From assembly GCA_964457735.1 (NCBI GenBank), contig CAYWFW010000078.1:1-31202 (forward strand): a DNA stretch of 31,202 nt. The letters run 5' to 3'. The stretch comes from an uncultured Sulfurovum sp. GTDB taxonomy: Bacteria > Campylobacterota > Campylobacteria > Campylobacterales > Sulfurovaceae. The notes under the pieces were generated by a model. The model did no database searches and was not told the origin of the DNA. It was given only the letters and a program-made list of their open reading frames with translations. The position numbers were made by a program, and so were the translations under genes. Below are positions 7,808 through 19,800 of the stretch, piece after piece; within the stretch, counting starts at the first letter, position 1, and each line of letters begins with the position of its first letter.

Positions 7808-10800
7808 CTAAATCTCTTCTTTTTTTGAAACAAAACCAACAAGTAAAAGAGTCAAAAGCATAAGTAAAATAATAGACAAGCCACTAGATGAATCTGCACT
7901 ATCAATTTGACCTTCACAAATACAACCTAAACACTCTACAGTAATTTTAGCTCCTGCTACTTTATCACCATCCTTATTAAATACACTATACTCAATGGGT
8001 GTAGGTGAACCAACAAGTAAAGGATCAGGTGTAAATGTTACCGTTCCATTTTCATTTACTTGCCAAGTTCCCTCTCGTGGAACAGTTATAGTTTTACCAT
8101 CTGTTGAAATTTCAGTACCTGGTACCGAAAAACCTTTTGGCAAAAGTAATATTACAGATGTTTTATCTAAATTTCCATTATCATCGCTAAGAATATCAAT
8201 AGTAACAGGAACTCCAGGATCTATTTTACCAATATCATCTCTTGCTTTTATAGGATAATGAATCTCAACTTTACCATAATTTGTTGATTCTCCTTCATGG
8301 TTTTTAACAATATATTCAATAGGAGTCGGATCACCTAAGAAACCATCAAAAGGGGTAAATGTTATTTTATCTTCATTAATAATCCAAGTACCCTCACCCT
8401 CCACAATCAATGAATCTCCAGGATTATCAGTTCCTTTGATTTGTAAAGTAGACAACACAGGGTCTTTGATTGGATCATTAGCAAATATATCTACAGTTAC
8501 AGAGTCTTTCCCCGCGACTGCATCCTCTGGTAATTCAATAACATCATCTTTAACCTCAGGATAACTTACATAAATGGTTGCACCACCAGTAATTGGCTTA
8601 CATCCATTTAAGGTATTAACAATATATTTAATCTCTGTTGCCATACCCTTAAACCCTTCTATTGGAGTAAAAATAATTAAACCTTTCTCATTGTCAATAC
8701 TCCATATACCCTCATTTGCAATCTCTATAATGCTCACTAATTCATCATTCTCATCAATAAATATCAAGCTATCATAGTCAAATTGATTACCCACAAGTAT
8801 ATCATTTTCAAACACATCAATATGAGCAACTTCATCCCTTAAACCTTCAAAGAAATCATCATTAATAACAAACTCACCACATTCATCATCAATTGCTAAA
8901 GCAGGAACAGTAGGTGTTGTTGGAGTAAGCTCTATAGTTTTATTTTCATCGGGTTTAGTAATATTGTCTTCAATTGGAGTTTCAATAACCTTATTATTAG
9001 GTTCATCTACCTTAGGAGTTATCGCCTCAACTAGCTTATCTTTAATAACAGTAATAATAACAACAGCAGTATCTCTATCGCCATCACTATCTTCTATAGT
9101 ATAATAAAACCTATCATCTCCACTAAACCCAATATTAGGAATATAAATTATAGTTCCATTATCTTTTAAAATCAATATACCATTAGATGGTTTTTCAACA
9201 TCAACCAAACTAATCTTGTCACCTGTTGTATGAGAATCGTTACTTAATAAATCAATAACTACACTTGTAAATTCATAAGTACTCACCCTATCAAGTTTTG
9301 CAATAGGAACACTTTGAGTCTCAAGAGGTGGTAAAACAATCTTAGGTTGTTCAATAATTGGCTTGGTAACTATCACCGTCACTACTGCCTTACTTTCATC
9401 ACCATCATCATCAATAATCACATAACTAAATCTATCAACTCCACTAAAGCCATTATTAGGAACATACTTAACCAGCCCATTATCTAAAATCTCAACACTT
9501 CCTGATGCACTATTTTCAACACTTAATAAGCTAATATTCTCGTCCATAGTATGAATATCATTACCTAATATATCAATCTCCAAACTCACATCCATATCGG
9601 TCACAAACTTATCATCAAAAGCTATAGGGAAACTGCTTAACTCCAATACATTAACCCTAACGGTTGCCTCACTTCTTAAACCATTGCTGTCTATAATTTC
9701 ATACTTAAACATATCCAAACCGATAAAGCCATCTTTAGGAACATACACCAAATTATCACCATCTTTGCTAATCACTCCACCACCTGAACTATTCTCGTCA
9801 AATCTTATTATCTCAAACTCATCACCATTTAAATCATAATCATTGTTCATCACTGGGATAGATATATTCTTATCTTTTAAAGTGCTAACTTCGTCATCTA
9901 ACGCATCTATGCTATTCTCGAGAATCTCATTGTTAATTAGATAAATACCAATGTCCATAACCTCATTTTTTTCGCCTGATAAAATCTCTATAATATCGCT
10001 AACCCCATCGTTCCCAATATTGCTAAATAGATACCCATCGTCCACAATAAACTTAATAAAGTAACTGCTCGGCTTCACATCGCTAAACATATAATCCCCA
10101 GTCACAGTAATTAACCTATCAACCTCGCTTCCATTGATGTCATAAAGCACCACTTCAATCTCAATATTTACACCACTTTCACCATTGTCTTGCACACCAT
10201 TAGCATTTTCGTCAAGCCAAATCTCATCGCCAATACTAGCAAGTTGATAAACCCCAATATCAATACTCATATTAGCATCAGCTGGATTCAATAAAATCAT
10301 ATCACTACGCATACTACTCGCATTCACATCACTGTTAATAGTTTGATTATCCTCATCACCTACATTCTGCTTGGTAATAACATACCCATCAGGCAACTCA
10401 ACCTTGATATAATACTCATTAGGCTCTAACTCATCAAACAGATAAACCCCATCGCTAACAGTTATCTCTCTAATCAAATTATCATCACTGCTATATAACT
10501 GCACCACCATATCCATCTCAAAATTTAGCTCATCATCATCTTGTAGCCCATTGCCATTAACATCAAGCCAAATCCTGTCGCCAATTGATACACTCTCATA
10601 CACACCCATATCAATACTTCTGTTGTCCTCGCCACTCCTCAACATCATCTCGCCACTACGCATATTAGCACCCACATCACTATCAATCTCATAACTGCCA
10701 CGATTAGCCTTGGTCACTATATACCCATCAATCAGCTCAAACTCCACACTATAACCATCAGGAATCAAATCATCAAACAGATAAACCCCATTGTTACTAT

Positions 10801-13800
10801 AAACCTCCCTAACCTTCTTGTTGTCGCTATTATAAAGCCTAACACTTATATTCTCATCAACGCCACTCTCGTTAAGGTCTTGAATTCCATTCATATTAGT
10901 ATCGTACCAAATCCTATCCCCAATGCTCCCAAACTGATAAATACCAATATCCAAATTATCAAGATTAGCCCCACTGCTTAATACCACTGTATCGCTCTCA
11001 AAACTTTCAACACCCATATCGCTATCACTGCTATTGTCATCTCCCATACCCTGAGGACTCAAATAATACCCATCAGGTAAAATTACCTTGATACTATACT
11101 CGCTAGGTCTCAAACCACTAAATAGATACTCTCCATCATTAATAGTTATCTCTTGAATCTTTACACCCATCTTATACAGTTCCACCATAATATCGCCATC
11201 ATAGTTTTGCTCATCTTCATCCTGCACACCATCAGCATTAGCATCAAGCCAAACCCTGTCACCAATTGATACAGGTTGATAAATTCCCATATCCCAACTC
11301 ATATCATTCTCAGCTGGAGCTAAATTAGTACTAATAGTTCTAAGATTACTAACACCCACATCACTATCAACACCATCACTACTAACATCCCTATCTGATA
11401 ATATATATCCACTAGGCAAACTAAACTGAATGTAATAATCATCAGGCTCAAGCTCGTCAAACAGATAAACCCCATTACTAATATTCTTTCTGCTAATCAA
11501 AGTCCCACTAGCATTATAAAGAGCCACACTAATAGAGCCAATATAATTAGATTCATCACTGTCTTGCACACCATTAGCATTAGCATCAAGCCAAATCCTG
11601 TCACCAATAGATGCTAGTTCATAAATCCCCATATCAATACTCAAATCCACATCGCCTGAATCAGAAATCTTAATCACATCACTACGCATAGTTGTCACAT
11701 TAACATCACTATCTGTTGCATCATCTCCCCCAACATTCATTGGTGATAAAGCATAATTGTTAGGTAGCTCAAACTCCACTATGTACCCACTAGGAATCAA
11801 ATCAATAAACCTATAAACCCCATTAACACTATTTTGGGTAGCTACCAATGAACCATTAACATCAAATAACTTGACCAACACTGGCACACTAACACCAGTC
11901 TCAGATACATCCCTAATACCATCCATATTAATGTCATACCAAATCTCATCACCAATAGATGCCTTTTCATAAATACCCATATCAATACTCAAGTTATTGT
12001 CACCTGAATAAATAGCAAATGAATCGGTAAACCCATCACCATTAACATCACTATTATTATTGTCTGTTGCTCTTGCTTTTGGAGATACATAATAATCCTC
12101 AGGAAGCTCAAATCCAATATAATATCTTTGGGGATTTAAATTGTTAAACAGATAGTTACCATCCGTTGTAGTTAAAGTTCTAGCAATTGATTTATTACCA
12201 TCATAATATAAAGTTACATTAATCTCTTCATTTGTATTAATCTCTGATACATCTTGAACTCCATTTGCATTAGCATCAAGCCAAATTCTATCCCCAATGC
12301 TTACAGGAAGAAGTATACCAACATCTACACTTCTATTATGCTCATCACTTTTTAACTCAAAAGCATCACTATACCCTGTAGCATTTACATCACTATCATT
12401 AGCATCTTCACCACTATCTTTAACTGTAAATCTATAGCTAGTATTTAAATCACTAAACATAACATAATATTTTTCAGGTATTAAGTTATCAAACTGATAT
12501 TCTCCATTTGTAGTAGTAACTATTTGAGCAACACTCTTATTGTTCTCATAATATAGCGTTACATCTATACTTTCGCTAATATTTAACTCCCCTATACCTT
12601 GAAGACCATCTCCATCATTATCAATCCAAATTCTATCACCTAATGAAGCATTCTGATAGATTCCCATATCCCAACTTAAATCATCAATCCCTGAAACAAT
12701 ATCAAAATCATCACTTCTTTTAGTTATAGGGTCTATATCACTATCACTATGATTATCTGTATTATCTTTAAAACTTATATGATAATTAGTTGGTAAAGTA
12801 AACTCCAAATGATAATTACCTGGACGAACCTTAGTAAATGTATAATTCCCATCATTAGTTAAAATAGTTACATTTGGCTCTAGTCCATTATTATCAACAA
12901 GAGTAATAGTAATATTTCCACCTATATAATTACCCTCACCAATATCTTGAATGCCATTAGCATTAGCATCTTCCCAAATTCTATCACCAACCTTTACAAC
13001 TGGTTCATAGATACCTGCATCAATAGTTAAATTATTATCCCCTGAACTTAAAAATAGAGTATCACTAATACCAGTAGTTGCATTAACATCACTATCAATA
13101 GTATCATCATTTAATCTATCTTGTTCTGTGAATATATAAATATCACTAGGAAGAGTACGATTATCAAATACTACATAATAGTCACCTGGTTTCAAATCTT
13201 TGAATAAATAACCACTACTATTTGTCTCTTGTGTAATATTCACATCAAGATAAGTTGTACTATATAAAGTTACATTAACATCAGTTGCATTAATCTCACC
13301 ATTATCTTGCAGTCCATTACCATTTGCATCAATCCAAACTCTATTACCCAAAGATGCTTTTTGATAAATACCCATATCAAGAGTTAAGTTATTATCTCCA
13401 GAGTGAATAGAAAATGGTGCTGTAAATCCTGCACTATTTGTATCACTATCATTATTTATATCATTACCTATATTTTTAGGACTTGTATAATATGTGGTTG
13501 GAATTTCAAATCCTATATAATAATTATCAGGGATTACATTTGTAAATTCATATTCTCCATTTGTTGCTGTTATTGTTTTATATATTGAGTCATTATTTTC
13601 ATAATATAGTTTAACCTCTAAGTTTTCACTATAATTTCCCTCACCTAAATCTTGTACACCATTTGCATTTGTATCTACCCAAATTTTATCTCCAATTGTA
13701 ATTGGTAGAACTATACCTGCATCAATACTTCTATTATGTTCATTTGAGATAAGTGTTATCTCTTCACTTTTTCCATTCTCATCTACATCACTATCTACAC

Positions 13801-16800
13801 TATTATTATTTTCTTGATTTGCTAAAGTAAAGATATAATTTGTATCTAAATCACTAAATAATACATAATAACTTTGTGGTCTAATATGTTCAAATAGATA
13901 CTCTCCATCTGCATTTGTTGTTGTTGATTGTACTTCGCTATCATCACTTACAAGATGTAGTTTTACAGTTACACCACTAACATTAAGCTCATTATTATCT
14001 TGAACTCCGTTACCATTTGCATCTATCCAAACTCTATCTCCTAAACTTGCATCTTGATAGATTCCCATATCTTGGCTTAAATCATTTATATTTGAAGTTA
14101 AGTCAAAGGCTTGTGTAATTTTTGTAGTTGGATTTACATCGTTATCAATTAAATCATCGCTTCCACTATTTTCATAACTTATTTTATAGCCAGTTGGTAA
14201 GCTAAATTCAACTTGATAATTACCTGGTCTAACATTTGTAAATAGGTAATCTCCATTGGTTACAGTAGCACTTTTGTTTGCCTCTCTATGGTTTGTATCA
14301 TATAAAGTTACTGTAATAGATTGAGTCGTATTTTTCTCATTTACATCTTGGATTCCATCTGCATTTGTATCTTCCCATATTCTATCTCCTAGATTTATTG
14401 GTTTATAGATACCTGCGTCAAGACTTCTATTATGCTCGTTTGAACTTAGTTCTATAATATCACTTATTCCAGTAGTTGTATTTGCATCACTATCTTCTAA
14501 CTCACTACTTCCTGTTATATTTTGTTCAGTAAATATATAACCTGTTGGCAAAGTTGCTTTATCAAAGATTACATAATAACTATCAGGAACTAGTTCATCA
14601 AATAGATATGCCCCATCAACTGTTTTCATACTACTTAGTTCATTTCCTAAACCATCATATAAAGTTACATTCACATCTGTAACATTTAGCTCACCTGAAT
14701 TTTGCACTCCATCACCGTTATCATCATACCAAACTCTATTACCCAAAGATGCTTTTTGATAAATACCCATATCCCAACTTAAATCATTCTCACCAGTTTC
14801 AAGATTAGTTGTAATAGTTCGTAGAGTAATAGAATTTACATCAGTATCATTAGAATCAACTCCAACATCTTGTGGACTTATAAAATATCCCGTTGGAACG
14901 CTAAATGATAGATTATAATCAGTGGGAATAAGTCCTGTAAAGTGATAACTACCATCAGATATAATTTCACTTCTTGCAATACTCCCATTAGAATCATAAT
15001 ATAAAGTGACATTAATATCTTCATTTACATTATTTTCATCTATATCTTGAATACCATTTGCATTAGAATCTAACCAAATACGATTACCAATAGAAGCTAG
15101 TTCATACATACCCACATCAACACTAAAGTTTTTAGCATTAGAGTCCATAATAATTATATCAGTTTTCATAGTAGAATTTATATCGCTATCGTTATTATCA
15201 TCACTACCCACAGAATTTTTAGGGGAAATTGCATAATTATCAGGTAAAGTAAATTTAAGATAGTAGTTTGATGGTATAAAATCGGTAAATAGATACTCTC
15301 CATTTGTTGTAATATTTGTATCTACTAATGTACCATCTTCATCCCAAAGCTCCACAGTAACAGCAACAGAGAGATTATTCTCACCTACATCTTGAATACC
15401 ATTCATATTTGTATCATACCAAATTCTATCACCAATAGATATATTTTGATAAATACCCATATCAATACTAAAATCATCTTCATTTGAAACTACATCAAAA
15501 TTCGCTGTTCTATGAGTTGATGGATTTATATCACTATCTAATCCATCACTTGTGGTATTTTTTGGACTTATCTCATATTGTGATGGCACAACAAAATCTA
15601 TATAATAACTACCAGGTCTTACATTTTTAAATAGATAACCACTGCTATTTGAATCTATTGTCCTATTAGCCTCCAATCCATTTATATCTACTAATGTTAT
15701 ATGCACCACTTCACTAGAGTTGCTTTCAACACCATCTTGAACACCATTAGCATCTATATCATGCCAAATTCTATCACCAATATCTACAGCTTTATAAATA
15801 CCTGCATCTATACTTCGGTTATCCTCTCCTGAACTCAAAAATAGAGTATCACTTTTCCCAGTTGTTCTATTTACATCACTATCAAATAAGTCATTTGTAT
15901 TATTAGATATGTTTGCCTCTGTAAAAACATACTCTGTTGGAAGGGTTGATTTATCAAAAATAACATAATAACTATCAGGGTTTAATCCACTAAATAGATA
16001 CTCTCCATTAGTTGCTAAGGTGCTATTGACTTCACCTAAAGTTGTACTATATAAAGTTACATTAATATCATTACTTGTAACATTAAGCTCACCATTATCT
16101 TGAATACCATTACCATTTTTATCAATCCAAACTCTATCTCCTAAAGATGCTTTTTGATAAATACCCATATCAAATTTATAAGTATTCTCTCCTGAGTATA
16201 ATCTCTCTCCCTCATCCATCTTACCTGTATTATCTGCATCACTATCTTTACCATTATGATTACCAATATTTTGCTTTGTTGCAAACCAACCATTAGGGAT
16301 AACAAACTCCACACTATAATTATGATCAGGTTCTAATTTTAATGCTCTACCAAAATAATATTTACCATTATTATTAGTTGTGGTATTAATATCATTTTGA
16401 ACTATATCATCAATAACAAGTTTAACTACTACTCCACTTACTCCATTCTCACCACTATCTTGAATACCATTATAATTATCATCTTCCCATACAAAATCAC
16501 CAATTACAATTGGGTTATAAATACCTGCATCAAGAGTTAAATTACTATCTCCTGAATACATAATATCTGTTTGAATAGTCCTACCCGTAGTGATATTAGC
16601 ATCACTATCATTAGAATCATCACCTATATCCTGCTTGGTAAATAGATAATGTTCTGGTATATCAGAAAACTCTACACCATAAGTATGGTTTGGTAATAAA
16701 TTATCAAATATATAGCTACCATTAGAATCAGTTGTTGTTGTAGTTGCTGTTATAGTTCCATCTGTGATTAAAGTTACTGTTACATTTGATACATTATCTT

Positions 16801-19800
16801 CACTACCCTCTTGTGTTCCATTATAATCTCTATCTATCCAAACATTTCCACCAATTTGAATAGGTTTATATTCTCCAATATCTATAGATAAATTATCATC
16901 TCCTGAAAATAAAAAAAAGTTGGTAGAATCTCCCTCATAATTACTGTTGCTATCTTGAATATTATTATCAATACTATAGTCTGTTCCGATTGTTGTTAAT
17001 GTAAAATTATATTCATCTTTTTTGATAACTTTTAAATAATATCTATCAGGTTTTAAATTGCTAAATATGTATTGCCCATCTATTGGTGTTATTGTTCCAT
17101 CATCTCCAAAAATATTTCCATCTAAATCCTGTTTAAGCTGTATCCATTTATCATATATCCATAATTGAATTTTTACATTAGATATATTATTCTCTCCACC
17201 ATCTTGAATCCCATTTGCATTTTTATCGTGCCAAACTCTATTACCTACACTTGTAGGTTCAAATATACCTGCATCAATACTTCTATTATGTTCATTACTT
17301 TCTAATGCAAATATATCGGTATATCCTGTAGCATTTACATCACTTCCATTAATATAATCTCCCGTATCTTTTAGTGTAAATTTATAACTTACATTAATAT
17401 CACTAAATTTTACAAAATAACTATTTGGAACTAGATTTTCAAAAAGATATTCTCCTGTTTGATTAGTCTCCATCTGTGCTATAGCTATTGAATTTCCAAC
17501 TTGATATAAAGTTACATTTACATCTGCTACACTATCCTCTAAAGTATCTTGAATTCCATCACCGTTATTATCTAACCAAACTCTATCACCCAAAGAGGCA
17601 AACTGATATAAACCAATATCAAACGATTGATTATCATCTGCATAATCTACATTAAATTTATCTGTAATTTTAGAGCTATTAATATCACTATCAAGAGTAT
17701 CATCTACACCTTTATCTTTTGGTGATATTTGATATTTACTATCAGGTTCAACCAATATAAAATATTCAGCAGTATGATTAATATCAAAGTTATAAATACC
17801 ACTACTATTAGTTGTAGTTGTAGTAACTAAAGTTTTATTCTCATCAAGAAGTTTTACAACAATGCCACTAAGCCCACTCTCTCCAACATCTTGAATACCA
17901 TCTGCATTCTTATCAAGCCAAACTCTATTACCAATCTTTGCAGGTTCATATACTCCCACCGTAGAACTATCTTCATTATTAGTTAAATTTTTATCTGGAG
18001 CGGATGTTGTTACAAGAGTGCTATTGATAACTTGCCCACTAGATGGATAGCTTACCACTCTTACTTTTGCAACAACTTGTATTGATTTATTATCTTCTAA
18101 AACCAAAAATCCATCATCAACTAAATTCCCAATATCACAAGCAAAACTTGTATCACCTGCTACACCACTACAACTTCCATTATCATCTTTAACTATTGGT
18201 GTAGCAATTAATTCCATACCATCAGGTAATGTATCAGTTACCTCTGTATTTGTTGCATATCCTGGACCATCATTATAAATATCAAAGGTAAAGTTAAAAT
18301 CTTGCCCAACTTCCACATTATTTAATGAAGCAGTTTTTTTTATCTCTAAATCAACAAAAGTCCTAACTGTGGTACTCTCATCTTCATGATTATTATCATA
18401 CTCTCTCTCTATCTCTAGCGTTGTTACATTTATATCATTATGATAAACATCACCCTTTACTCTATGTGGTGCATCAATAAATTCAAATGTCAAATATCGT
18501 ACAAACTCTTCTCCACTCTCTATATTAGGTATGCTACAATTTACCTCATGAGTAGATTCTGTATTATTTGGATTAAAATTATTATTAGTTGGTTCAACAC
18601 ACATATTAAAATCTTTTGTAGTAGTTCCATTAGCATCTGTACCATCTCCTAGAAATGTCATATTTTGTTCATTATTTGGAAAAACATCAATAACTTTATC
18701 TATTAGTTTGATGTTTGTAGCCTCAGATGGACCTGCATTAGTAACTGTGATTTTATAAACGATTCTATTATTATCTTTATCATTTGCATCAAATCCAAGT
18801 GGCTCAATAAAAAGTATTGATTCATCTTTTTCAATAGATATATCAACCTCTCCATTTTTAATAGGCAAAGTCTCATTTTGTTCATTATTACTCAAATTAG
18901 AATCAAGCGTACTCATTGTAACAGAGGCACTATTATTAATATCCCAAGGTTCATTATGCACCAATTTATGTGTAGGACGAATAGTGATATTTATGGTTCT
19001 ACTCTCTTTATATGCCATATCTCCTAAATCACAACTAAAAGAGCGATTATTATCATATAGAGTACAATTAGATTCACTAAATTCTATTATTTTAAACTCT
19101 TCTCCTATAAATTTATTTGTAAGATTAACATCTTTTGCTTCTGCTGAACCGTTATTAATCACCTGAATAGTATATAAGCCATTAGTCCCTGCATATATAA
19201 ACTCATCCTCACTAGCAAATGTTACATCATTTTTAGATACCATAACATCAGCTGTTGATTGTACATCTACACTAACATTACCCTCATTATTACTACGATT
19301 AGAATCAGCAATAGTAGTTGAAAAGGCTGTTGCACTATTTATTCTAACCCCTGTTGCCTTTGCACCATATACCCCAATTCTAACTCGTACTGTATCATTA
19401 ACATCAATTTTACTCAAAGTACAATTTACATCAGCACCATCTACATCACAACTATAATCATCACTACTATTACTATCTGCTATAATAGTAGTCTCTGCCC
19501 TGCCATTAAAAGCCTCTACATATTGAGGTATTTTATCAATAACTTTAATATTTGTAGCTGTTGCTGGTCCATTATTTGTAATATCAAGATAATACTCAAA
19601 TCCATTCTCGTCAGATGTAATAACAGTATCATTAGTATCTTTGTTCATCTCTAAATCTGCACTATCAGGATATGCCTTTGCTATAACCCCTTTAGATACA
19701 TTATGGTCTGTTGTATTTAAATCAGGATAGTCTAGTCTATCATTATTAATTGATGCAATATTTGTAATATTTACATCCTCATTAGCTTTAGTCTTTATAA

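Noticed and set aside
11313-11325. CTGGAGCTAAAT (and TTTAGCTCCTG near 7946-7956) resembling the REP left arm inside the adhesin
   Set aside because: The matches are only about 11 nt. The 11313 site aligns without a gap to the paralogous repeat (TNLAPAEND versus TNLETGEND), so there is no insertion and chance is the likely explanation.
7995-19166. Small ORFs inside the adhesin (7995-8258, 8574-8777, 13403-13588, 18440-18652, 18703-18885, 18984-19166)
   Set aside because: They fully overlap the 4,509-aa CDS, antisense or in another frame, and show no domain signal.
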